Positions 50,142 through 60,282 of a stretch of 64,000 bases of DNA are shown in pieces (the stretch's first letter is position 1; each line of letters begins with the position of its first letter). This stretch comes from Terriglobia bacterium. Lineage in GTDB: Bacteria > Acidobacteriota > Terriglobia > 2-12-FULL-54-10. Location: positions 1,504,001 to 1,568,000 of the forward strand of contig CAXVYR010000004.1 in the NCBI GenBank assembly GCA_963666975.2. The letters are read 5' to 3'. The notes under the pieces were generated by a model. It had not been told where the DNA came from and searched no databases. It worked only from the letters and a program-made list of their open reading frames with translations. A program made the translations under genes and the position numbers.

Positions 50142-51602
50142 CTAAACGTCGTAATACAAAAAGAACTCGTGCGGATGCGGACGCAAACGGACCGGGTCCA
50201 CCTCATTCTCCCGCTTATAGGAGATCCAGGTTTCGATCAGGTCCTTGGTGAACACATTGCCTTCGAGCAAGAAACCATGGTCCTGCTCGAGAGCGTTCAA
50301 CGCTTCTTCCAGCGACCCCGGCACCTGCTTCACCTTGGCCTGTTCCTCCGGATCGAGGTGGTAGATGTTCCGGTCCATAGGATCGCCCGGCTCAATCCGC
50401 TTCTTGATGCCGTCCAGCCCCGCCATCAGCATGGCGGCAAAGGCCAGGTAGCAGTTGGCCGAGGGGTCCGGACAGCGGTACTCCAGGCGCTTGGACTTGG
50501 GGCTTTCCGAATACATCGGGATGCGGACGCAAGCGCTGCGGTTGCGCTTGGAGTAAACCAAGTTGATGGGCGCTTCATAGCCCGGAACCAGCCGGCGGTA
50601 GGAGTTGGTCGTGGGCGCGCAGAAGGCCAGCAGCGCCGCCGAGTGTTTCAACAGGCCCCCAATATAGTGCAGCGCCGTGCGGCTGAGCAGCCCGTACCCT
50701 TCGCGGTCATAGAACAGGTTCGAGTCATCCTTCCACAGGCTCTGGTGCACGTGCATGCCGGAACCGTTGTCTTGAAAGATCGGCTTGGGCATGAAGGTGA
50801 TGGTCTTGCCGTACTCCCGGGCGAAGTTCCGCAGGATGTACTTGTAAAACTGCACTTGGTCGCCCATGCGGGTCAGTGACTTGAATCGCATGTCGATCTC
50901 GCACTGCCCAGCCGTGCCCACTTCATGGTGATGCACTTCCACGTCGATTCCGGCCTGCTTCATCCGCTGCACGGCCCGCGAACGGAAGTCCTGCAAGCTG
51001 TCGGTCGGGGGAGTCGGGAAATAGCCTTCCTTATAGCGAGGCTTATAGCCCAGGTTGGGCCCCTCGTCCTTGGCGGTGTTCCAGCTCCCTTCGCGGGAGT
51101 CCACCTGATAAAAGGCGGAATTCGCGTTTTGCTGGTAGCGTACGTCGTCAAAGACGTAAAACTCCAACTCCGGTCCCCAGTAGCTGGCCGTGGCGATACC
51201 CAGGCGAATCAGGTGCTCCTCAGCCTTCTGCGCCACGTAGCGGGGGTCCCGCGTGAAACTCGTTCCCAGTATGGGGTCGCGCACGTTGCAGAGCAAGCTC
51301 AGCGTGGGGACCTCCAGCATGGGGTCTACGAATGCAGTGGTGGGATCAGGCATCAGCAGCATGTCGCTTTCGTGTATCTCCATGAAGCCCCGGATGCTGG
51401 AGCCGTCAAATCCCAAGCCTTCGCTGAAACTTTTCGTATCGAGTTCCTCCACAGGAATGCTGAAGTGCTGCAGAGTGCCCGGCAGATCGGTGAATTTCAA
51501 ATCCACCATCTGCACCCCCTGTGAACGGGAAAATTCCACCACCTCGGCCGCCGTCGCGGCGTCAAGCACCATCGTGCTTTCGCTCTGTTTAGCCTTGGCC
51601 AT
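50142..51602 (-). CDS. glnA: Glutamine synthetase type I
   Basis: FDGSSI, HHHEV, FMPKP, NGSGMH.H, NSYRRLVPGYEAP, NRSA, adenylylation loop NIYHL. Confidence 0.97.
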   Translation of the reverse strand: MAKAKQSESTMVLDAATAAEVVEFSRSQGVQMVDLKFTDLPGTLQHFSIPVEELDTKSFSEGLGFDGSSIRGFMEIHESDMLLMPDPTTAFVDPMLEVPTLSLLCNVRDPILGTSFTRDPRYVAQKAEEHLIRLGIATASYWGPELEFYVFDDVRYQQNANSAFYQVDSREGSWNTAKDEGPNLGYKPRYKEGYFPTPPTDSLQDFRSRAVQRMKQAGIDVEVHHHEVGTAGQCEIDMRFKSLTRMGDQVQFYKYILRNFAREYGKTITFMPKPIFQDNGSGMHVHQSLWKDDSNLFYDREGYGLLSRTALHYIGGLLKHSAALLAFCAPTTNSYRRLVPGYEAPINLVYSKRNRSACVRIPMYSESPKSKRLEYRCPDPSANCYLAFAAMLMAGLDGIKKRIEPGDPMDRNIYHLDPEEQAKVKQVPGSLEEALNALEQDHGFLLEGNVFTKDLIETWISYKRENEVDPVRLRPHPHEFFLYYDV

Positions 51603-52228
51603 ATTTGTAGTCCTTTCCTCTCCTCCTAACAAAACCAACAGAAAGTGGTTATGTCCTGGAGCCGGTCAGTAGACCAGCCCAAGTTGGGGAAAGTTTCTTC
51701 CAAGAGTTTTTTTGAACTCGACGCCCGCAAAACCCCCCAGGATGAAGATGCGGAGGAGGCAATCCTTCCTTACCCGCGAAACGCCGTGGGTGACGCTCCA
51801 TGCTACCACCCAGCTGTCGCCCGATATTATCCCCATCTTGCCGGTCTTTGCCAAGGCCCCAGAAGGACTTCGCTCCAGAGAACATTGCAGATTCCCGCCA
51901 CGCAGGACGCCTGAACGTCCTCCCGACCCCCGCTAAGCAGGCGGGCTTCCCTTCCTTTTCCTGCTCCCAAAGGGCGCTTGTAGAAAATAGCGGAGAATTT
52001 TTGCTGGCATAGCCGCTAGAAAATCACTATTTTTGTAAGGGTAACACTTCAATTTTGTCACCCGGGGAGCGTAAAATAAGGTGTTCATCGTGACCTAATC
52101 CGCCCCCGCTCGGCTTACTCTGGCCCGTATTAGGAGCAACCGCTTTCGGCCCCGCGATCAACTAATTTTCGGGCACCGACTGTCCAAAACAGAACTGGAG
52201 TTTATGCTCCAGGAAAAACGATGTCAAG

Positions 52229-52255
52229 TTATTTTTGCATAAAGTGCAAAAATAA
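52229..52255. promoter_or_regulatory. Perfect 11-bp inverted repeat, candidate operator
   Basis: TTATTTTTGCA-TAAAG-TGCAAAAATAA in the AT-rich region between the divergent GS genes. Confidence 0.5.
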
Positions 52256-52369
52256 TTATTATATTTGCTAAAAATTTGGCTTATATATGATAAATTGACA
52301 GTGAAATAAGGACCTTTTGCTAGTAAACTTAGACATTACTGAAAACTTAGCTCACATCCAAAACGCGGA

Positions 52370-53764
52370 ATGGCGAACATTATGAAAGCATCAGAAGCCT
52401 TAAACTTATTGCTGGAAAAGAAAGTGGAGTTTCTGCTCTTACAATTTACCGACATTCTCGGGTCCATCAAGACGGTTGAAATACCAACCGAAAAATTTAA
52501 GCCGGCCCTGGCGGGCGAGGTTGCTTTTGACGGCTCTGCTTTGGAGGGCTCGCACCGGACGATTGAATCGGAGCTGCTGCTCAAGCCGGACCTGGACACG
52601 CTGCGCATTTCCTTGCTGGATGCGGGGCTGAATACGGTGCCTGATACGGGGATGGATACGGGGATGGCCGCAGGACGCAACGCGGGCCAGACCCGAACGG
52701 CGCGGCTCATTTGCGATGTCCACAATCTGGATCACACTCCCTTCGAAGGATGTCCCCGCACACGGCTGAAAAAAGTCTTGCAGCTATCGACGGAAAAAGG
52801 TTACAGCATTCTAGTCGCGCCCGAGATTGAATTCTTCCTTTTTCTCAAGGATGAAAACTCCAGGCCAACCACCCGCACGGACGATCCGGGCAGCTATTTC
52901 GACCTGGTCCCGATGGATAAGGGGGAGGAAACCCGCCGCCGGATTGTGTCGGAGTTGCGGGCCGCCGGATTTCAAGTGGAGGCGGGCCACCATGAAATTG
53001 CGCCCGGCCAGCATGAGATTGACATGAAAGAAGCTCCGGCGCTCGATACAGCCGACATCATCGCCAGCCTGCGGATGATCAGCCGCCGTGTCGCCTCTGA
53101 GCAGGGTCTCCACGCCACCTTCATGCCCAAGCCGATCTTCGGCAAGGACGGCTCCGGAATGCACCTGCACTTTTTGCTGATGAAAGGCGGCAAGAACATC
53201 TTAGAAGATCCCAAAAGAAGCTCCGGATTGAGCACGGTAGCCGAGCGTTTTATCGCCGGCTTGCTGCGGCACGCCCGTGGCTATTCGGCGGTAACAAACC
53301 CGCTGGTCAACTCCTACAAGAGGCTGGTGCAAGGCTACGAGTCGCCGACGCATTCGGTCTGGTCGGAAAGCAACGTAAACCCGCTGGTGCGCGTTCCGCC
53401 GAACCGCGGTATCTACACCCGCTGCGAGTTGCGCAGCCCGGACCCTTCCTGCAACCCCTATCTTGCCCTGGCCGTGGTGCTGCGCGCCGGCATGCAGGGG
53501 ATTGTGGAAGAGATGGATCCCGGCCCGCCTATCAGCAAGAACATCTATCGCATGAGCGCGCGGGAGCGCGCACGGTTCAACATTGACCCCTTGCCTTCAG
53601 ACCTGAGTGAAGCGACCTCTGCTTTGAAAAAAGACAAGCTCATGCAGGAGGCCTTGGGGCCGGTCATCTACCGTTACCTGACGGAGGCCCAGCAGGCTCT
53701 CTGGCAGGACTACTCCATGCACGTTCACCCTTGGGAACTGGAACACTATCTGGCGTACTATTAA
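52370..53764 (+). CDS. Second glutamine synthetase-family protein
   Basis: FDGSA, PEIEFF, HHE.APGQHEID, FMPKP, GSGMH.H, NSYKRL, ELRSPD. Confidence 0.92.
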   Translation: MANIMKASEALNLLLEKKVEFLLLQFTDILGSIKTVEIPTEKFKPALAGEVAFDGSALEGSHRTIESELLLKPDLDTLRISLLDAGLNTVPDTGMDTGMAAGRNAGQTRTARLICDVHNLDHTPFEGCPRTRLKKVLQLSTEKGYSILVAPEIEFFLFLKDENSRPTTRTDDPGSYFDLVPMDKGEETRRRIVSELRAAGFQVEAGHHEIAPGQHEIDMKEAPALDTADIIASLRMISRRVASEQGLHATFMPKPIFGKDGSGMHLHFLLMKGGKNILEDPKRSSGLSTVAERFIAGLLRHARGYSAVTNPLVNSYKRLVQGYESPTHSVWSESNVNPLVRVPPNRGIYTRCELRSPDPSCNPYLALAVVLRAGMQGIVEEMDPGPPISKNIYRMSARERARFNIDPLPSDLSEATSALKKDKLMQEALGPVIYRYLTEAQQALWQDYSMHVHPWELEHYLAYY

Positions 53765-53843
53765 TGTTTCACCGTATGGATCACACGCATGTGGTGACGT
53801 TTTATTGAACCGGCAAGATTGCAAAATACTGGAAGGAGCAGCC

Positions 53844-54044
53844 GTGAAGGTGAACTACGATCCTAAGACAGACACGCTCAGTTTCCTCCTCAAGGAAAAC
53901 GTAGCCGTGGCGGAGAGTGATGAGGAAAAGCCCGGCGTCATTCTCGATTATGATGATCGTGGCGATCTGGTCTCGATGGAAATTCTTGACGCCTCACGGC
54001 GCGTAACCGAAGCAAGGAAAATTGACTTCCAGATCGCCGGGTAG
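53844..54044 (+). CDS. DUF2283-like small protein
   Basis: YDPKTD.L...ESDE..PGVILDYD..G.LV..EILDAS; AAGGAG RBS. Confidence 0.85.
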   Translation: MKVNYDPKTDTLSFLLKENVAVAESDEEKPGVILDYDDRGDLVSMEILDASRRVTEARKIDFQIAG

Positions 54045-54061
54045 TCGCTGACATCCAGAAA

Positions 54062-54604
54062 TTAGTAATGCCCTTCTGCTGAATAGATGTGTTGCAGAAC
54101 GCCACGCAACTGGTCCAGCACGTCACGAGCCTTGGAAATTTCTGTGGGCTTTTCATGCAAAACATCATCTGCGGCATTGGCGACATAGCGGGCAGTCTGT
54201 TCCGTAACTCCATCCAGCAGATGCCAACGTCGAGCTTCCTCAAGTAGGTCTTGAAACTTGATAAACTCGCCTGACAGTTGCCGGCCGAGCCTTTCTTTCA
54301 GGCCTTGTTCCAGTGCCGCTCGGCAGAGGGCAATCGAGGCCTGCGGTAAGCCAAGGATATAGGTGCGCGTTGCCTCGCGAATGTAGGTGTTCGTGACTTT
54401 TGAAGGAGTGTCTGCGGCCTCCAGTGGTGATAACTCCAGTGTACGCCTCACGTACCCGGGAACGGCGTCAATAACCTCACGTGTGAAGTATTCATCCAGG
54501 AAATGTGCTATCAGACCCGGATCGCTGCGAACGAGGTTTTCAATTGTTCTTAGTCGGCCTTCACTCAGCGTCTCGCGTGACTTTATCACCTCAGATACAA
54601 TCAC
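54062..54604 (-). CDS. DUF4145/HEPN-like protein, probably 5'-frameshifted
   Basis: EA...Y..G...ASIALCRAALEQ.LK...H; upstream sequence continues in another frame across an A6 run near 54614; low GC. Confidence 0.55.
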   Translation of the reverse strand: MIVSEVIKSRETLSEGRLRTIENLVRSDPGLIAHFLDEYFTREVIDAVPGYVRRTLELSPLEAADTPSKVTNTYIREATRTYILGLPQASIALCRAALEQGLKERLGRQLSGEFIKFQDLLEEARRWHLLDGVTEQTARYVANAADDVLHEKPTEISKARDVLDQLRGVLQHIYSAEGHY

Positions 54605-54816
54605 CTCGACTATTTTTTGCGCTTTTACAGCATCCTCTCGCTCCTCAGGTAAAAGGCCCGAAAGGTCGCGGTCGACTTCCGAATCCAGGGTGTCAAAGTA
54701 AGATTGAACCTACTGAGATAGAGTGAGCAGAAAACACCTCCGAAAATCGCGCAAAACCCAAGTTCGCAGGGAAGTAATGATACAGTTATAAGCACAGGAG
54801 ATCATATCAGAGCCCT

Positions 54817-56364
54817 GTGACAAATCGCTCTTCCCATCCCGCCAATTCAGCCGGATTGGCCGTACTCTCCGGCCTTCTGCTGGTTCTCGTATTCCCAAAA
54901 TTCGACCTCTCCCTGCTCAGCGCGGTGGCGCTGGCGCCGCTTTTATTAGCCGCGATCCGGGAGGAATCTCCGGGCCGCCGTTTTCTGTGGGGATACCTTG
55001 GCGGATGTGTTTTTTTCGCCGGGACCTGCTATTGGGTCTACCTGGTCATGCGGCAGCATGGCGGCCTGGGCGCGGCGGAGGCGGCTGGCGTATTTGGACT
55101 CCTGTTTTTGGCCCTGGCCGTTTACTGGGGCTTGTTCGCTTGGATCGCCGGATATTTGTGGGTGGCCCGCTGGGGCCCGCTGGCTATTGCCCCGCTGTGG
55201 GTTTCGCTGGAGTTCGCCCGCGCACACCTGCTCACGGGCTTTCCCTGGCTGCTTTTCGGCTATTCCCTGACCGACCACTTCGCGCTGGCGCGGATCGCCC
55301 GTTGGACGGGGGTCTACGGCGTTTCTTTCTTGCTGGTCACGGTCAACGTCGCTCTGGTGTGGTTCTTCACGCGGCGCAGTTGGGTGGCGGGCATCCATCT
55401 GGGGGGCGTCGCAGTCGTTCTGCTCTTGCTCGCTCTGACGCCGCCTCCGGAAATCTATCTGGAGAAGCAGAAGGCCTACCTGGTGCAGACGAACATTCCC
55501 CAGGAGGTGGGCATGGAGATATGGGACGAACAGACCCAGACCCCTCTACTGGACCGTTTGGAGAAACTGACGACCGAGACGGCCGGACGCCAGGAACCTC
55601 CCGCGCTGGTGGTGTGGCCGGAGGTCCCCGCGTCGTTCTACTTTGGGGAAGACTCCTTCACGCAGGAGTACGCCGAAGGAATTGCCCGCCAGACCAACAG
55701 CTACTTCCTGATGGGGATCGTCGCCTTGCTGCGCGAGGCGGATGGCACAAAGCCGCTCAACAGCGCCATTCTGCTCAACCCCGGCGGGGGGGTGGTCTCC
55801 CGGTATGATAAAATTCACTTGGTGCCGTTCGGCGAGTACGTTCCGCTGCGAGGCTTGCTGGGCTTCGCCGGAAAACTGACGGCCGAGATCGGTGATTTCG
55901 TTCCCGGCGCCCGGTTCGTGGTGAGTCCGCTGGCCGGAGGGCAGGCTGGCACGTTTATTTGTTACGAGGCGATTTTCCCCGACCTGGTTCGCCGGTTTGT
56001 GAAGGACGGAGCCGGAGTTCTGGTCACCATCTCAAACGACGGCTGGTTCGGAACCTCGGCGGCCCGTTACCAGCATCTGCTGATGGCCCGGATGCGGGCG
56101 ATAGAAAATGCGCGCTATCTGCTGCGGGCCACCAACACGGGGATTACGGCGCTCATCCGGCCTGATGGCGTCATCGCCGCTGAGCTGCCGCCGGATGAGC
56201 CCGGGGTGCTGGAAGCGCGCTGGGCCTTCCATGACCGGCAGACGTTTTACAGCCGTCACGGAGACTGGTTCGCCATCGCCGCCTGCGTTGTGTCGGTTCT
56301 GGCATTTTTTGCGGTTGCACGGATACATCCCGGCCGGCACGGCCAGCGGCGCAAGAGAAATTAG
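54817..56364 (+). CDS. lnt: Apolipoprotein N-acyltransferase
   Basis: GFPW, VQTNIP, WPE, YDK.HLVPFGEY, ICYE, SNDGWFG, RATNTG. Confidence 0.96.
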   Translation: MTNRSSHPANSAGLAVLSGLLLVLVFPKFDLSLLSAVALAPLLLAAIREESPGRRFLWGYLGGCVFFAGTCYWVYLVMRQHGGLGAAEAAGVFGLLFLALAVYWGLFAWIAGYLWVARWGPLAIAPLWVSLEFARAHLLTGFPWLLFGYSLTDHFALARIARWTGVYGVSFLLVTVNVALVWFFTRRSWVAGIHLGGVAVVLLLLALTPPPEIYLEKQKAYLVQTNIPQEVGMEIWDEQTQTPLLDRLEKLTTETAGRQEPPALVVWPEVPASFYFGEDSFTQEYAEGIARQTNSYFLMGIVALLREADGTKPLNSAILLNPGGGVVSRYDKIHLVPFGEYVPLRGLLGFAGKLTAEIGDFVPGARFVVSPLAGGQAGTFICYEAIFPDLVRRFVKDGAGVLVTISNDGWFGTSAARYQHLLMARMRAIENARYLLRATNTGITALIRPDGVIAAELPPDEPGVLEARWAFHDRQTFYSRHGDWFAIAACVVSVLAFFAVARIHPGRHGQRRKRN

Positions 56365-56376
56365 GGGGGCAAACTG

Positions 56377-57481
56377 ATGATCGATGAAATGGCAAGAGAG
56401 TTCGAGCAAGTAAAAGATAAAATCCGCGACATTCGGAGTTTCCTTTGACGCTCCTGTAAAACGCCGGGAGCTGGGCGAGTTGGAGAAGCAGATGGCTGAG
56501 CCCGGCTTCTGGGACGATCCCGCCAATTCCCAACAAAGCACGCAGGCGCGCAAACGCCTGGAAGATACCCTCAAAACCGACGAAGCACTGGCCCGGGGCG
56601 AGTCCGACCTCGAAGTGTTGCTGGAGCTGGCCGCCGAGGGAGAGAACGTCGAGCAGGAGATCCGCAGCCAGTTCCCGAAACTGAAGGAGCTGGTGCTCCG
56701 CACCGAGGCGCGCACCTTGCTCTCGGGCGAGAACGACCGGGCCAACGCCATCCTCGCCATCCATGCCGGCGCGGGCGGCACCGAGGCGCAGGACTGGGCC
56801 GAGATGCTGCTCCGCATGTACCTGCGCTGGGCCGAGCAACAGGGCTTTGCGACCCAGGTCGTCGACTATCAGGCGGGCGAAGAAGCCGGGCTGAAGTCTG
56901 CCACCGTCACGGTGACCGGAGAATACGCCTACGGACTCCTGATCTCCGAGATCGGCATCCACCGCTTGGTGCGGCTCTCGCCGTTCGACGCCAACAAGCG
57001 GCGGCATACATCGTTCGCCAGCGTTTTTGTGAGCCCGGAGATCGATGAGAATATCGACATTCAAATCCGCGAAGACGATCTGCGGATCGACACCTACCGC
57101 TCTTCGGGCGCCGGGGGGCAGCACGTCAACGTCACCGACTCGGCGGTCCGCATTACGCATATCCCCACCGGCATCGTGGCGCAGTGCCAGAACGAGCGCT
57201 CGCAGCACAAGAACCGCAACGTGGCCATGAAGATTCTTCGCTCCCGGCTCTACGACCGGGAGCTGGAGAAAAAGCAGGAGGAGTCGCGGAAAATGGAGGC
57301 GACGAAGATGGAGATCGGCTGGGGCAGCCAGATTCGCTCTTACGTGCTGCACCCCTATCGCATGGTAAAGGACGTGCGGACAAAGGCCGAGGTCGGAGAT
57401 GCCGACCGCGTGCTCGACGGCGACTTGGAGCCGTTTATCCGCGCGTTCCTGCTCAGCCGCCGGGGGGAGGCAGGGGCGTAA
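56377..57481 (+). CDS. prfB: Peptide chain release factor 2 with programmed +1 frameshift
   Basis: 23 codons from ATG 56377 to CTT-TGA-C at 56443-56449; the +1 frame continues through SPF and GGQ motifs. Confidence 0.97.
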
Positions 57482-57485
57482 CCAT

Positions 57486-57634
57486 CCGAGCCGCGAGAGC
57501 CTGCCCCGAGCCTTGTCCCGAGCGCAGTCGAGGGGCCTGCCGAAGGGTGCGCGGCTCGGATGGATTTACAAACAACACGCGTTATACCCGGATCGAGAGC
57601 ACGCAGCCACGCCGGGCGCCTTTTCTCGCCGTGG
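57486..57634. repeat. Nested REP-like palindromes between convergent prfB and rnj
   Basis: ccgagccgcg...cgcggctcgg encloses cttgtcccgagcgcagtcgaggg; agccacg...ctcgccgtgg follows. Confidence 0.55.
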
Positions 57635-57642
57635 TTCCTTCT

Positions 57643-59310
57643 TCAAAGCTCCATGATGACCGGCAAAATGAGCGGATGGCGGGAGGTTTGTTTTTTGATG
57701 TGCCGCTTGAGGTCCGCGCGGATTTTCTCCTTGATGACTCCCCAGTCGGCGCGCTCTTCGCCGCTGGATTCTTCGAGTGTCCGCAGAATGATCTCCTTCG
57801 CCTGAATCAGGATTCCGTCACTTCCGTCGGCGGAGACAAAGCCCCGGCTCACGATCTCGGGCGGGGCCTCCACCTTTCCGGTGCTTTTGTTGATGGCGAT
57901 GATCGGCACCACGATGCCGTCCTCGGAGAGATGTTTCCGGTCCCGGATGACCATGTCTTCCACGATCTCGTCCACCGAGCCCGAGTCGATGCAAACCCGC
58001 CCGACGGTGACCCGCCCCGCCTTGCGGGCCCCGGCACGGTCAAACTCCAGCACGTCGCCGCTCTCCAGAAGAAAGGTCTCTTTGATTTCCTTTAGATGGG
58101 AACCCAGGCTCGCATGCCGCGACAACTGCCGTAGCTCTCCATGCACCGGGATGAAGTAACGAGGCTTGGTCAGGTTCAGCATCAGCCGGAGTTCTTCCTG
58201 GCTGGCATGGCCGGAGACATGCACGGGCGGGCCGCCCCCGTCGGCATAGATCACACGGGCTTTCCGCTTGAAGAGGCGGTCGATCATGCGGTAGATGGCT
58301 TTCTCGTTGCCGGGAATGATGCGGGAAGAAAGCACCACGGTATCGTCCGGTTCGATGACCGCTTGCTTGTGATTCTCCACGGCGGCGCGGGCCAGAGCCG
58401 ACAGCGGCTCTCCCTGGCTGCCGGAGATCAGCATGGTGACTTTGCCGCGGCTTGCCTGCCTGGCCTCGGCCGGACGCAGCAGCAGGCCGTCCGGGATGTT
58501 CAGGTATCCCAGCCGGTGGGCGATCTCGGTGTTATTCACCATGCTGCGGCCGATAAAGGCCACCTTGCGGTTGTGCTGGAAGCAGAGATCGACCATCAAC
58601 TGGATGCGATGAATGGAGCTGGTAAAGCAGGAGACAAAGATGCGGTTTTGCGAGTGGGCGAAGATCTCTTCGAACCGTTCCCGCACGGCGTGTTCGGAAG
58701 GCGTGGAGCCCCGCCGGTCGGCGTTCGTGCTGTCGGAAAACAGCGCCAGCACCCCTCGTTTCCCGTAGTCCGCCACGGTGTGCAGGTCGAACGGTTCGCC
58801 GTCGGTGGGGGTGGGGTCGATCTTGAAGTCCCCGGTGTGGATCACCACTCCCAGGGGGGTGGTGATGGCCAGCATGGCGCAGCCGACCGTGCTGTGGGTG
58901 ACGTGAATCCATTCAATCGAAAACGGGCCGATGGGGACGCGGTCGGTGGGGCGCACCTTCCGGAGGGTCGCCGATTCCAGCAATCCCTGCTCTTCCAGTT
59001 TATGTTCCACCAGGGCCAGCGCGAAGGCGGTTCCGTAAACGGGCACGTTGATCTCGGCCAGAATGAACGGCAACGCCCCGATATGGTCTTCGTGGCTGTG
59101 CGTCAGGATAATGGCGCGCACCTGCTCGCGGTGTTCAAGCAGGAAGGAGATGTCCGGGATGACGATGTCGACACCGAGCAACTCCGCATCGGGGAACATC
59201 AGCCCGGCGTCGATGACGATGATGTCTTCGCCGTAGCGGAGGGCCAGCATGTTCATGCCGAACTCGCCCAGCCCTCCCAGCGGAATAGCTTGCAGTTTTG
59301 GGTTACTCAT
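57643..59310 (-). CDS. rnj: Ribonuclease J
   Basis: GGLGEFGMN, THSHEDHIG, TGDFK.D, DSTN, GSQGEP, HVSGHA, PVHGE. Confidence 0.96.
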   Translation of the reverse strand: MSNPKLQAIPLGGLGEFGMNMLALRYGEDIIVIDAGLMFPDAELLGVDIVIPDISFLLEHREQVRAIILTHSHEDHIGALPFILAEINVPVYGTAFALALVEHKLEEQGLLESATLRKVRPTDRVPIGPFSIEWIHVTHSTVGCAMLAITTPLGVVIHTGDFKIDPTPTDGEPFDLHTVADYGKRGVLALFSDSTNADRRGSTPSEHAVRERFEEIFAHSQNRIFVSCFTSSIHRIQLMVDLCFQHNRKVAFIGRSMVNNTEIAHRLGYLNIPDGLLLRPAEARQASRGKVTMLISGSQGEPLSALARAAVENHKQAVIEPDDTVVLSSRIIPGNEKAIYRMIDRLFKRKARVIYADGGGPPVHVSGHASQEELRLMLNLTKPRYFIPVHGELRQLSRHASLGSHLKEIKETFLLESGDVLEFDRAGARKAGRVTVGRVCIDSGSVDEIVEDMVIRDRKHLSEDGIVVPIIAINKSTGKVEAPPEIVSRGFVSADGSDGILIQAKEIILRTLEESSGEERADWGVIKEKIRADLKRHIKKQTSRHPLILPVIMEL

Positions 59311-59619
59311 GACTGAATCAGGTCCTCAGAGCACATTATTACAAAACAGTGGGGTCGCAAGGTGCATCTAATCTTGCTGGTCCACACGATGGAACCCATC
59401 CTTCAACGAAAAGAGCAGCAACAGGCTTCCCCGAAAAAATCTTCGTGGTACTCGCGCGGGAACCTGTTCATCGCGTCTGTTATCTGGGTTGGGTTGCCGA
59501 CTAGCTGCAAGAGCACTTGCGCAATCCTTGCGATACTGAATCCTTGTTTCTGCCGCCCCGCCAAGGTCCCTCGCGGTGCGCATCAGCCGCAACCGCCGAC
59601 TTCGGGGGGCGGCGGCTGG

Positions 59620-59970
59620 TTAGGCCTCGCTCTCCGAGAGAAGAGCGCCGAGCTTAGCGAGAGCCTCCAAGACCTGGGCCGCCGGAAGCCGGCCCGCGTA
59701 TTCTGCATGGCGCGCGCGCCAGTCCAGGCTCTTCACTTGGTCCGACAGTACCACGCCGTTCACCGCTAGAGCCGCCGGAACGGCGACTTCAAACGGGTAA
59801 CCTTTGATCTGGCTGGTAATGGGGCAGCACAAGGCCAGCCCGACCTTCCCGTTGTACGCTGCGGGCGAGAGGACGAGGGCGGGACGCCGACCCCTCTGTT
59901 CGTGACCGGCTTGAGGCTCGAACGAGAGCCACACGACGTCCCCGCGTTGTGGCACGTAACGACGCCGCAT
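59620..59970 (-). CDS. mazF: MazF/PemK endoribonuclease toxin
   Basis: RGDVVW..F.PQAGHEQ.GRRPALVLS, PITSQ.KGYPFEV, DQVKSLDWRAR. Confidence 0.95.
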   Translation of the reverse strand: MRRRYVPQRGDVVWLSFEPQAGHEQRGRRPALVLSPAAYNGKVGLALCCPITSQIKGYPFEVAVPAALAVNGVVLSDQVKSLDWRARHAEYAGRLPAAQVLEALAKLGALLSESEA

Positions 59971-60212
59971 TACCCAGCTTCCCGGCCAACCGGCAACCCT
60001 GCTTTTACTTCCTCGTGGAGGTTCGCCTTGGTGACACCGGCCAGCAAATCCTTGAGATGCGGCTTATGCGCGCGGAGGGGCGCTGCCACAAGACGTCCGT
60101 CCGAGACCGACAACTGAACCATCGTTCCCTCGCGCACGCCCGCGTCCTCGGCGAACGGCTTTGGAATTCGCAAAGCCAGGCTATTGCCCCACTTTTGGAC
60201 CTGCACTCGCAT
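59970..60212 (-). CDS. mazE: MazE/AbrB-family antitoxin
   Basis: VQKWGNSLALRIPK...GRE; TGATG coupling to mazF. Confidence 0.93.
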   Translation of the reverse strand: MRVQVQKWGNSLALRIPKPFAEDAGVREGTMVQLSVSDGRLVAAPLRAHKPHLKDLLAGVTKANLHEEVKAGLPVGREAG

Positions 60213-60282
60213 AACTGCACCCCTGCATAAACCGTATCTACAAAGACTATACACCTTCCGGTGCTCGCCGTCCATGAGCTGT

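Noticed and set aside
51603-52369. Glutamine riboswitch, sigma54 promoter or small ORF in the long glnA leader
   Set aside because: No GG-N10-GC element with proper context or riboswitch core was recognised; the small ORFs lack recognisable motifs
59340-59600. Possible gene fragment between rnj and mazF
   Set aside because: Short, with no clear start or motif
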